A stretch of DNA of 44,915 nucleotides from Vicugna vicugna (Eukaryota): assembly GCA_013265495.1 (NCBI GenBank), contig MU058054.1, positions 868,001-912,915 of the forward strand, written 5' to 3'. Below, one piece after another: positions 11,925 through 22,685 of the stretch (positions are counted from its first letter, which is position 1; each line of letters begins with the position of its first letter). The position numbers and the translations under genes were made by a program. Under the pieces are notes generated by a model. That model did no database searches and was not told where the DNA came from. It worked only from the letters and a program-made list of their open reading frames with translations.

Positions 11925-12967
11925 AAAAAAAAAAAAAAAAAGCACAGAGGAGTGGGGAAACACCAGGGGGAGCCGCAGAGGCAGTGGGTGTGCAGACTGC
12001 AGGTTGGGGAGGAGCTATCGGGGCCCCGTCTGGTGAGAGCAGACAGAGGGCCCAGACACAAGGTAAACCCAAAAAAAAACGATCAGCTCTGGGGAACTTT
12101 AAATACCAAGCTACAGGCCCCACGTATGTCCCATGCTTCGCAGCCCATCCTAGGCCGCCACCTAGGACAGCCCAAGTAGGCCACCAAGAGGGTCAGAATT
12201 CCACCTGTGTAACAGGGTTCCCCGGGCCTTGCACACAGCCCTGGTCTACACCCCACCCACCAGTTGGCCTGGGCTGGCCCTGAACCAGCTCCTTGGGCCA
12301 ACACAAAGTTCCTACAGATGAGGAAAGATCTAAACATTCACAAACCCATTCCTGCTCCAGAAAATGTGGGTGTAAGGCGTTCTTTCAAAAGGGCCACATT
12401 TTGCACATTGTATGTGGTTTTTCGCACATTTCTGAGCAAGCGCATGCCGGCTGTGTGTGTGTGTATGAGCGTAACGAGTTTCAAAAGGGAAAAAACAGGG
12501 GGTAAATCTGACTCACCCGACTCTCCCGGCTTTTCTCTCTCTACAGACACACACACAACAGAGACATAAGCATTTCCCCGAAGACTGTTATCTGAATAGC
12601 ACGGGGGTGGGTGGTGGGCCTGGGGGCTGCTCTGTGTCACCTGCACTCACAGTCAAGGGCTCGCCTCCCAGGTGACCCGTGAAAACCCCGTCCAACTGCG
12701 AACCGCTGGAGGGCGGCAACTGCGCTGTACTCACACTGCCTTAGACGGAGCAGGTGCCTTAGAAGCCTGCCGATTTGATGGCAGAAATAAACAACTGTGC
12801 ATTCCGCGTGCTGCGCCCACAGTAAGGCTCCCCTGGAAGGGAAAGCCAATTCTGCCCCACCACTCCCGACACAAACCAGTCCGCCTTAGGTCTTCATTGT
12901 GTCTCCCAGCCCCTCCACCCTCTGGTTTCACAGACCACCTCAGGAAGCGCCTGGACAGCTAACCGAT

Positions 12968-13140
12968 CACATGCGTTATCTCAAACCAACGCTCCCACTG
13001 ACTGCACAACACGCGAGCCGCCAGGGTCTCATTCACATCCCAAGATGAGGAAGCCACAGCTTAGAAAGTTTAGACCATCTCGCTAAGGTCATGCTGCTAA
13101 TAAAACTCGGGTCCCGTCATTCCTTGTCCATGATCTTCCC
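12968..13140 (-). mobile_element. MIR fragment
   Basis: 'cacatgcgttatctca...agatgaggaagccacagcttagaaagtttagaccatctcgctaaggtcatgctgctaataa'. Confidence 0.65.
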
Positions 13141-13904
13141 AAGGGTCTAAACTCACTTCCAAGAATCTGGAACTTGATTCGCCTTCTCCTAAGGATTCAG
13201 AAGAATTTAATTACAGCTCCACCACCATCACCCGCTGTATTGTCACCAACCAGGACATGATGCCAGCGCAGAACTGGAAAGTGAAGGCCAGCCTATCTAG
13301 TGCATCACCGGAGGGTGGGAGAGCCAGGGGGCTTGCTAAGTTTGAAACCTTTGCTGACATCCCAGCATTCAAGCAGCTCATTGACTCCCATACATAAATA
13401 TTACCATAAGCTACGGTTTCATTTACCCTGTGCCGGGGGCCAAGAGGGTTTGAAAGCAGAGTGAACACAAATTAGGTACTGGAAAGTCTCTTATTTCCTG
13501 TAGTGTCAGATGTGCGCAGTCAAAAAGGAAAGAAAAGGAGAAGCAGCCTCACGTGGTACGTCTCCCACCAAACACCAAACGTCTGTGTGCGCTCGTAATT
13601 GGTTCCTTTTGCTCAGCGCTGAAACTGAGCAGCTCAACTGGAATTGCTCTAGACACGCGCCCGGGGACACAGCCCAGGTCTCTGGCTGTTTCTGCTCAAC
13701 AGCCCCGGGGCCTCCCGACAGGTGAGTGAGTCCAGGGGCTGTTCCACCAGCAGGGGACAGATAGTCTCCCCAGGTACCCAAGGCAGGTGGGAAAGAGCCG
13801 AACTTAGCCCAGAATTTACCCAGCGACACAATGGGGCTAAAAATAAATTTTAAACATTTTTAAAAAGCACTTTTTCCACTGTGATTTTCCTCATGGAAAG
13901 TGAG

Positions 13905-14000
13905 AAGGCTAGAATTCACATCCCAACTCCCGTCCTTTGCTCTGTGCCCTTGGGTGAGTCACTAGCCCTCTCTGGGTCTCTGGTTCCTCGTATAGGTAGG
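13905..14000 (+). mobile_element. MIR fragment
   Basis: 'tgctctgtgcccttgggtgagtcactagccctctctgggtctctggttcctc'. Confidence 0.7.
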
Positions 14001-14101
14001 GCTTGAATAGGAAGGCCACAAGCCTGCCCCAGCCTCACTGCACACGTGAACAGCCCCTTCCCTTTCTCTCCCACTCAACACAGCAGAACCAAACCGGAGT
14101 C

Positions 14102-14238
14102 GAGAGGGGAAGGGTATAGCTCAAGTGGTAGAGCGCATGCTCAACACCCAAGAGGTCCCGGGTTCAATACCGGTCTCTGCTCCAAGCGGAAATCAAGGAA
14201 TAAACCTAGTTACCTCCCCCTCATAAAACAGACAATAC
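14102..14238 (+). mobile_element. tRNA-Ala-derived SINE (Vic-1-like, long-tail form)
   Basis: Head 'ggggaagggtatagctcaagtggtagagcgcatgct...gggttcaata' and tail 'aataaacctagttacctccccc'. TSD 'aaccggagtc' at 14092-14101 and 14244-14253. Confidence 0.9.
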
Positions 14239-14294
14239 AAGCCAACCGGAGTCAGTGAGAGGGACACCGGGAAGAAAATACATCGACTAAAATA

Positions 14295-14700
14295 TATACT
14301 GCGATGAGATGCACAGAACATAAAAACTTACCGCTTCACACCATGTTACTGTGCACGACGCGATGGCATTCAGTTCACGCACAGTGTTGTGCAGCCTTCA
14401 CATTTATTTCGTTCCAGAATACGTTCAGCACCCGTAAAGGAAACCCTGTACCCATTAAGCAGTCACTGCGCCCCATCCTCACCCCACCCATCTCAACCCC
14501 CTGACCACCACTGCTCTGCTTTCTGCCTCTGTGAATTTGCCTCTTCTGGGCATGTCACATGAATGGACTCACACAACACATGGCCTTTTGCGTCTGGCTT
14601 CTCTCACTCAGCATCATGCTTTCAAGGTTCATCCGTGTTTGCAGCATGTACTTCATTCCTCAGCTGAAAAACAGTCCGCTGTCGAGAGGACTACACCTTT
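14295..14700 (-). mobile_element. L1MB-like 3' UTR fragment
   Basis: 'ggaaaccctgtacccattaagcagtcact', 'ctgctttctgcctctgtgaatttgcctcttctgggcat', 'gtctggcttctctcactcagcatcatgctttcaaggttcatccgtgtt'. Confidence 0.9.
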
Positions 14701-16369
14701 GAATTAACTGGCAAGTAAATCATTCACAAACTTCAGTGTTATTAAATTACTGGTAATAATTAAATAAGGTAAGCTACGTCAGGTCCCAGGCACACAGTGA
14801 GTGGTCAGTTCACAACAGCTTCATTATCATTTGTCATCGGCATCACTAAAAACGTCTCAGCACTCACCTCGCCCCTGATGCTCCTGAGGCCCCAACTTCT
14901 TTGAATAAGTGAATCAGACACATTCTGTGCACGTACCCTGTCCTCCCCCAGACCCCCAGGACGTGTGAACCCCTCTGAGCACCTGAGAAGTAAACCATCC
15001 TTAGGCAGAAATAAACATAAGCTGGCGGAACGCTGAGGCCCCTCTTTTACACCACCTTGCCACATAAATGTACCAAAATAGAAAAGTGTAATTCTTCATT
15101 TTTTCAAAATGACTCACAACAGGATTCCTTGAAATGGTTTTCCTGGTACGCTGCAAACCGAATTCAATTTACACCGTCGATGTTTCAGCAATATACCTTC
15201 TCCATAAAACAGTGTGCGGCTGCGAGAGGGAGGCTCGGCTCCTGGAGGACAGTGTTTGTTGCGTGTCAGTGTGAGCTCATGTTTGTTCTCCCCTCCTCGG
15301 AATCACGGCGCTCCATCTGGAGACACGAGCCCTGAGCCCTTATCCCACTTTACAGCCCTGAGACTTTGAGCGAGAACAGCCACCTCTTCGGTGGCTTTGT
15401 CCTTGAGAATACAGAAGTCACACCCACTTTCCCTCAGGCTGGTACGAGAAACAGAAGTGCCACAGAGATGTGCCTGACTTAGGCTCTGTCCACAGTTTGG
15501 GGGAAAAGCCCACATTTGTGAAACATTTTAAAAACACTGTCCCACCTCCACGGGTAGCTTGAACTTCGGCCAGCTGGTCCCCTCACCAGCCAAGACCCCC
15601 ACCCCCACCCCACGTAAGCCCTCCCACTGTCCGTATCTGGGTCTCCCAGCTGCGCAGCCGTGGGTCCTCGGAGCTCCCCTGGGGATGGGGGGCCCCAGAT
15701 GCCTGCCACCTGTCTCCCGGGGGCTGTGGAGGCTTCCACAACCAAAGCGATCGTCCCCAAGTGCTCTGTGGCCAGTCCTCTCCCAACTCCCAAAGCTTGT
15801 TTTCTTTAATTAGCTCACTGCGGCAGGAGAAAAATGCGGCCCCACCCTCCAAATGAGCAGATCTGGGCCTCAAATGTACTCTGTGGTTTGCCTCTGTGTT
15901 GCCAAGCTGTTAGCCAGGGAGTGACAAGCTACCGGGGCTCGGGAGGCAAGGGCCGGGGAGAAACCCGGCTCCAGTAAGACAGGCCTTTCTCTTCCCAACA
16001 TCTGACGTTTCTCGACCACAGGGCCAGGCTGCGCCCCTTCCTGAGTCCCTGAAACCTGCCATTGTGGTTCAGGGGGACAATTCCAAATTCTGCTGGTTTG
16101 CTGTCTCTTCTTTTCCTCCCTCCTTCCTTCTTTTTAAGCCTGCTCATGGGACAGTTTATGGCACGTCCAAGTCCTTCCCTCTGATCTCAGAGCTGAGGGA
16201 CTGAGGCCCAAGCAAAGTAAATGCTTCTTCGTCTCTGCTGACAATAGTGAGCAAGACTTTACACCAATACTGAGGAGTCACTGGAGAGTTCTTCCCCTCT
16301 GAATTTAAGCCAAAGAAAGATTTCTGCATAGGGCATCCCACCGGGGCCTCCTTCTGGAAGGCCGGCAGA

Positions 16370-16500
16370 CCCATCACCACTCCATTTTACAGATGAAGAC
16401 AGTGAGGCTTGGTGGGGAAGCGACTGTCAGAACTCACATGGCTCAGGGTGACGGAGGGTGGGAGGACAAGGACCCAGAGCTTCAAACTCCAAGCACGACA
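16370..16500 (-). mobile_element. MIR fragment
   Basis: 'ccattttacagatgaagacagtgaggctt'. Confidence 0.75.
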
Positions 16501-16689
16501 ATTTCCCTCTCCAGGCTCCAGGCATTCATACTCCTAGGATGTCTCAGGTTAGACCCTGAAGGCTGGGGTCCCGAAGGATACTCCTTTGCCCTAGAACCAG
16601 AGATTATTCCTTACTTTTTCCCATCATGACCACTGCTACCATTTCTTCAACACCATGTACCCACACAGTGTCAGCTCCTTTCCCTGCAC

Positions 16690-16815
16690 TCATTTCCTAC
16701 CATTTTACGGATGGGGAAACTGAGGCTCTCAGGGGCTTGAACAACCTGCCAAGGTCCAATAACTAGTTAAGAGGCGGAGACGTGATCTGACCCAAGAATT
16801 CAGCCTCCAAGCAGC
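16690..16815 (-). mobile_element. MIR fragment
   Basis: 'ccattttacggatggggaaactgaggctctcaggggcttgaacaacctgccaaggtc...actagttaagaggcggag'. Confidence 0.85.
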
Positions 16816-16844
16816 AACTACGTTACACCTGAGAGACTGAGGAT

Positions 16845-16960
16845 TGTCTGATGAGGAAACTGACCCAGGAAGAAACATCTTGGCCCAGGAGAGCAAGCCA
16901 CAGCCCGCAGAGCCAGGATTCCACCCGGGGCCTCTCTCTCAGCCCACATCTGGCTCATGC
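16845..16960 (-). mobile_element. MIR fragment
   Basis: 'gatgaggaaactgacccagga...gcagagccaggattccacccggg'. Confidence 0.6.
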
Positions 16961-17238
16961 CTCTACACTGGGCTGCTCGAGAATTCACAGGAGTGATCGC
17001 ACAGGAGGCCCCCTAGAATACCTTCAACAAGGGTATGTTTGTATCCTCTGTGATCTCTGTCAACAACAGACCCACCATCACCTCGAACAGCCTGGAATCT
17101 TCGGAGCAAGTGCCAATGCTCATTTGTTCATATGTTGTTTCTTGGCTCAGCAACTCAGAAGACTGAGAAGATCCAGGATCTAGCAAGAGACCTGTGTGTC
17201 CTGGACCAGCCTGCGACCTCCAGCCCCAGGATGCCGGC

Positions 17239-18088
17239 CAGCATTGCCTACATCATCTGTGGCGTCTGGCGCAAAATGAAAATTTGGAGCTCTCTGAGCA
17301 AAAAGCAGGAAGACAGTGTCATTACTGGTACTGAAATAGAAAACTTTCTCCCCCTTTCTTCCAAAGTCTCTCTCTTGACTTGGGATGGTGGGTTTTTGTT
17401 TTGGTTTGGATTTTTTTTTTTAGCTATTTAATATTATTCTAAGTCAAGAAAAATTAAAGTTGTAAATTACTCGTATGCATTTCACCATTCATGTTGGTAT
17501 TGGGCAATGCCAAGTTTTGAAAACAAACGAAAGAGCATTTAACTAGTGTGTGAAATCACCAAAATTCCACAATTTGTATTTCATAGCTTGGATACATGTA
17601 TGCATGCATCCATGCTTGAGTACATTGTGGGACCAGAAGAAGAACAACACCGCATCCAGCTACGTCAGCTGTCTTTACTGCACTTCTTGACATGCGCACA
17701 TTCAACCCACACTCCCCACTTCCTGCTTACTGATGAGTGGGGAAAGCGCTGTGGGTTCCCTTATCTTTCCTTATCCTTGGATGTCATCATTTTGGCCAAC
17801 ATGGGGAAGCGCCACGAGTAAGAAAGCCTATGACAGGATTCCTTAGTGGTTGCTTGAGAATGACATCACCTTCGCGCATCCCAAACAAGCCCTGGGTCAA
17901 GCTCAGGACTGGCAGGGCGGATTGCTCCTACTCACGCGCATGCCCACCATGTCACTGGGCCTCACAAAACACTAGCTCCAGGAAAGGTAACAATCTCAAG
18001 ATGCCAATGACGGGCATAAAACCAAGCACCTCCTGGGGGCGGGGCTCTGTGTAACTGCACACACTGCCTGCCCGTGAAGCTGGCCTTG
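17239..18088 (-). mobile_element. MER45-family (MER45B-like) hAT-Tip100 non-autonomous DNA transposon
   Basis: Both ends match MER45 termini in reverse, 'cagcattgcctacatcatctgtggcgtctggcgcaaaatgaaaat' and 'aaaccaagcac...ggggctctgtgtaactgcacacactgcctgcccgtgaagctggccttg', with an AT-rich interior. Confidence 0.75.
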
Positions 18089-18464
18089 GAGGCCAGGAAC
18101 ACCTGTGTCAAAAGCAGGCTCAAAAGCACTCCCAAGGCTGACCTTTCCTGTGCTGGCAGGCTGGTCTAAAGCCAGATTAGTTTAAGTCCCCACCCGCAGA
18201 GGCTGTGGGTCGAGAAATGTTGGGACAGGCTCCAACACTGAAACACAAAAAGGATCTGGACTACAGTGCTTACCCATCTCAGCACCTGATGGGCTGGGAG
18301 GCCTCCCTGGCATTTTTTAACCTTTCTGAGGCTGCCATACTGTGTGGCAGTTCCTCTGTCAACACAGGTAAGCATGTTAGGTGAGTCATCTTTGGCCTGG
18401 TAAACACCCAGGGAAGGCGAAGAAGGGACCAACCATTTACTGGCTCTCAGTGAGGTGACAAGGT

Positions 18465-18595
18465 GTGCTAAGCTCTGCACAGGTATTAACTCAATCTTAC
18501 AAGCCTAAGAGACAGCTCTCACTATCCCCATTTTACTGCTGGAGAAACTGAGGCACAAGAATGATGTGACTTGCCGAAGACCTGACCAGCCAGCT
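18465..18595 (-). mobile_element. MIR (appears interrupted by the LTR)
   Basis: 'tgtgctaagctctgcacaggtattaactc...tatccccattttactgctggagaaactgaggcacaaga...gtgacttgcc'. Confidence 0.85.
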
Positions 18596-18640
18596 GAGGC
18601 TGACTTCTCTGGGTTTATAACAACCCCGACAGAGGCCCCC

Positions 18641-19631
18641 TGTGATACTGTGATGCATAATAAGAAGCATATATTTGGGACACAGCTCCTAAAATCCTTG
18701 TAATTTCCTATTTAAGAGTCATAAGGACATCTTTTGTAATATTTAGTTTGGTTCCGAGTTCCTAAAATAGATCCAGAGCAATAAAGGTGAGATGGGTTAA
18801 TCTTGTACATACCCTACACAACCAGCCCCTTCCAACAACACCTGAGTTTACGGAAAGCCTCGAAGGATGAGGGGTCAGTTGCCAGGGAAACCCACCTTGT
18901 GATTGGAAGGCAGGAACTTTCAGCCTCTCTGCCCCCAACTCCAGAGGGGGGAGACGGGCTGGAGGCAGGAGCCATCACCAACGGTCAGTAATTTAACCGT
19001 TCCTGCCTACGTAACAAACATTCCATAAAAACCCCAAAGGACCATCGGGTTCAGACAGCGACCGGGTTGACGAGCACATGGAGACGAGGGGAGGGCTGTG
19101 GATCCAGACAGAGCATGGATGCTCCAAGCTCCTTCCCACATATGTTGCCCTTTGCATCCCTTCCACGCAGCTGTTATAAACCAGGAAAATGTTTTCTGGA
19201 GTTCTGTGAGCTGCTCCAGCCAACTGACTGGACCCCAGGATGGGGGGGTGGGAACCTCTGATCAACAGACTGTGGCTCAGAAGCACAGGTTCAACCTGGA
19301 CTTGTGACTGGCATCTGAGGTGGGGGGAGGGGGCAGCCTGTGGGGCTGAGCCCTTATCTGAGGGATCCCACGCTACCTGCAGGTGGACAGTGTCAGAACC
19401 GAGTTACACTGGTAATACCCAGCTGACATTCTGAGAACAGGAACAGTTGCTGGGTGTGGGAAACCCCCCATCCCCCCCCCACCCCCCCCCCCCCCCCCCC
19501 CCCCTACCCCCACCCGCCCTCCACCCCTCCTGCCCCCACCACACACTTGGTGATCAGAAGCATCAGACGCGAAGTTTTCTGTGACTAGAGTGTGGAGAAC
19601 AGGGCAGACACGTGGAGGAGTTTTCCAGACA
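18641..19631 (+). mobile_element. Solo LTR, MER21-like
   Basis: Starts 'TGTGATACTGTGATGCATAATAAGAAGCATATATTTGG...agctcctaaaatccttgtaatttcct', ends '...ttttccagaCA'. TG..CA termini with 'cccc' on both flanks; internal MER21-type motifs 'ggttgacgagcacatggag' and 'ttctgtgagctgctccagc'. Confidence 0.85.
19464..19540. repeat. C-rich low-complexity tract including a C23 homopolymer (19482-19504)
   Basis: Seen directly; G-quadruplex potential on the minus strand. Confidence 0.95.
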
Positions 19632-20529
19632 CCCCTCCACGCAGCCCTGACGCCCGCCCAGAGGCTGGCAGCAGAGCTGGGTTAAAACTCAAGTGCATTT
19701 AAGTCCAGGAAAGGAAAGTAAGACAGTAACTGACTCCAAAAACCTCTGGTCCATCAAGCCGGAAGCCACCTGCCAGGATTTCAAGAAAGAATGAATGGCA
19801 AAGGCCTCTCGGAGACACCTGTTAAAAGTACAGGGCGCGCCCTTTTCTAGGTTCCCTGCAGCCCCGTTCGTTTCCCTGAATGCCTGTCAAGCAGATCTCA
19901 GGTAATTATGATCCTCAGATGGTCCAGGCTATATCAGAAATAATGCTTATTTGTTGAGTTAGAAGCTCAGGTCCTGCCTCCAACACAGTTATTTACAGTC
20001 ATTAGGACCTGCCCGAGCAGGTCCACATTCCAAGATATCACACCCACCCTGCCCTGCCACAGCCTTCTCCCCAGGCTAGCAATTTTGAGCAGAGCTTGAA
20101 CAATAAGATTGTTTTGTGCTGAGTCTACCTTAGAGGGTGGCCAGGTTAACACCCTCAGCCCTGCCCGGGGCGGGGATGCGGGGGAGGAGGAGGGGAAGCC
20201 ACCAGGTGGGAAGATGGCACCACTGACCCCAAAGGTGCAGTGAAAGGGTACAGATGGTGCTCCCGTCCCCCAGGCTTCCCACCCATCTTGATGTCACCTC
20301 CCCCTGCAACCCAAACAGTAGGACAACGTTTGTTGGCTGGAGGACAATGCGTTTTCTGACCTGCCCAAGACGTAGGCTGATCTGTAGGACTTGTCACACG
20401 GCTGACCACCCCACGCAGCCATGCTGCCTGCCCTGAGGACCTCCCACAGGACGAGTGGGAAAGGGTATGCAAAACTGCCAAGTGCTGGCCATGCCTGGGA
20501 CTGGGAAACGCACCTGGGTGTCCGGCAAA

Positions 20530-20660
20530 GAGTCCTGGACCAGAAAAGACGTGGTCTGGGCTGATTCCTTGCCTGTGTGACCTCACGTAAATGACTGGAC
20601 ATCTCTGAGCCTCAGCTTCCTCAGCCATTAAACACGGAAGGCATCCAAGCCTGCAGGAGC
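20530..20660 (+). mobile_element. MIR fragment
   Basis: 'ctgtgtgacctcacgtaaatgactggacatctctgagcctcagcttcctca'. Confidence 0.75.
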
Positions 20661-21296
20661 GTAGTGGCTGGTCCTCACATTGGTCCACGAGGTTTCTCAC
20701 AGGTGCCGCCAGTGGTAGTCAGATGGGAACACCCGTGTTTCTGCCAGGCAGCCAGCCTCCCCACCAGCTCCGACGGGCTCGTCGATTGGCCCCCAGGATA
20801 CTTGCCAGCCTGATGCATCACCAGGAGTCAGCAGGAGCCTTTCCCCAGTTCCTCTTTCCCTTCTTAGCAACGGCAGCTCTAAGGATGGCTCTGAGGCCAA
20901 GTGGGCCTCTGTCTGTCCCCTCAGGACTGGGTTTGCTCACATCCTTCCTCTTAAGCTAGCTGGGCCTTGGTTGCGTCTCGTAAGACTCCCTACTTGGTAG
21001 GGCTGCTGGAAGGATTAAAAGAGAAAGACGTGTGCGAGACTCCAGGCCCGCTGCTTCCCGCAGGTGGCTGTTAGAACGAGGATGCCCCCGGACGCCCGCC
21101 TTCGCTGACAAACCTGGATGAAGCACCTTCCGCACTGGGAACAGAATGAAAGGCTTATGGGGATGGCAAGGCTGGCGAAGGGTTCCCGTGGAGGTGCGGA
21201 CCCTAAAGGCTTTATATTTAAGGGGCCCACTAAGGTTCAAGGCAGATTTCATATCCATCAACCCACCTGATCTGCACCATAGTCAGCGAGGGTAGA

Positions 21297-21410
21297 GGTT
21301 TTACAAATAAGGAAAGTGCGGCTCTGAAAGGTTAAGTGACACCCCCAAGAAGACAGAGCCAGGATGGGAAACCAGGGGTCCCGGTCTGAGATCAGGGTCC
21401 TTTCTAGTCC
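21297..21410 (-). mobile_element. MIR fragment
   Basis: 'ttttacaaataaggaaagtgcggctctgaaaggttaagtgacacccccaag'. Confidence 0.75.
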
Positions 21411-21445
21411 ACCAAGTGGTCAGACAAGGGAGAGGGACAGATAGC

Positions 21446-21539
21446 GGGAGGGCATAGCTCAGTGGTAGAGTGCGTGCCTAGTATGCACGAGGTCCTGGGT
21501 TCCATCCCCAGTACCTTCATTAAAAAGCAAAACCAAAAC
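21446..21539 (+). mobile_element. tRNA-Ala-derived SINE (Vic-1-like, short-tail form)
   Basis: 'gggagggcatagctcagtggtagagtgcgtgcctagtatgcacgaggtcctgggttccatccccagtaccttca' plus an A-rich tail. Confidence 0.9.
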
Positions 21540-21980
21540 TGGCGTGCGGAAGGGAAGCCTGACTACGGACGTGGAACTCGCCGTCCACGAGTCCTATAGC
21601 CTTGAAGTTCACTTTCAGCCTCCTAAGTCCTCATCGTTCACTTTCAGGCCACACCCCTCAGGTATGAGCACCAGGGCCAATTTCCTCTGCTATCGCCCCC
21701 CTTTCTCCCCCAAAGCTTAAGACAACCCAACATACAGGGAACATCGTGCCCGTTTTGTCATTTAATCCTCATAGCACCGCCATGGTTCAACGTCTGAAAA
21801 TATCAAACAAGAAAAGGACCACCCAGAGAGGTAAAGGGCAAGGGGGAGGCTTGACCCCAGAGGTGAACAGCCCCGGGGTCTTGTACCTTTCTGGCCACCC
21901 CACATGCTCTGGATAAAGACCCCTGACCAACAGTACCCTCAGTGTCCTGTCCCCTCCTACAGTGCAGTGCGTCACCTGTG

Positions 21981-22159
21981 AGGTGGTTCTCCAATCCGAA
22001 TGCATGCCAGCATCCTCCAGAGGAAACACACATTGCCGGGCCCCACCGCCAGGGGTTCGGAGTCAGAGGCCTGGGTTGGGCCTGACACTCTGCATTTCTA
22101 ACAAGTTCCCTGGTGCTGTTGAGACCTGCTGGTTGGTGACGACACTTTGAGAACTGCTG
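21981..22159 (-). mobile_element. MER5A (hAT-Charlie) DNA transposon
   Basis: Terminal inverted repeats 'gtggttctc' and 'tttgagaactgctg'; internal 'gggccccacc' and 'tgcatttctaacaagttccctggtg'. Confidence 0.85.
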
Positions 22160-22551
22160 GTTTATCATCATTTTAAGCATTCTCCCAACAGCCGGGGAAT
22201 GGTTAGCCACGGTACATGCACTTGAGATCACGTGTAATTATGAAGACCATGTGGAAACGCTCAGGGCAAAATCAGATCAGAACAGCAGGCTGGCACCCTG
22301 TGCTGGTCCAGGTCCCCTGTGTCCTCCAAGCCCTTCCTTGGCTTCCTGTGCTCTGCTCTGTACGTCCCAGGGCTGACCTCTGACTCTCTAGGCCTCATGT
22401 CAGGGAGCAACTGGGGTTGGGGGGCAGGAGGGGGCGTGGACAACAGCAGGGCTGGTGGGAAAGGGGAGGGCAGGAGGAAGGGCGCGTCCAGGGCGCTTCT
22501 CCCTTCTCCCCAATCTGTCTTGGGTGGGCTTCTTAGAAACAGCTGCATCTT

Positions 22552-22685
22552 GGCAGGAAGGGGATGGCTCGGTGGTAGAGCATGTTTAGCATGCACGAGG
22601 TCCTGGGTTCAACTCCCAGTCCCTCCATTAAAAATAAATAAATAAATAAACCTGATTACCTCCCCCCCGAAAAAATAAAAAGGAA
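22552..22685 (+). mobile_element. tRNA-Ala-derived SINE (Vic-1-like, long-tail form)
   Basis: Head 'gctcggtggtagagcatgtttagcatgcacgaggtcctgggttcaactcccagtccctcca' and tail '(aaat)n aaacctgattacctcccccccc'. 17-bp TSD 'agaaacagctgcatctt' (22535-22551) versus 'agaaacagctgtacctt' (22686-22702), 15/17 identical. Confidence 0.92.

Noticed and set aside
11529..12123. ORFs containing long X runs
   Set aside because: Artefacts of translating through the N gap
12358..12565. Possible hairpins (aaaatgtgg/ccacatttt, and (TG)n facing (CA)n)
   Set aside because: Short or low-complexity arms; no continuous pre-miRNA-like stem
21449..21520. tRNA-Ala(AGC)-like sequence (also at about 14108 and 22557)
   Set aside because: These are SINE heads: stems are disrupted, A-rich tails follow, and two copies have TSDs. 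They are not functional tRNA genes.
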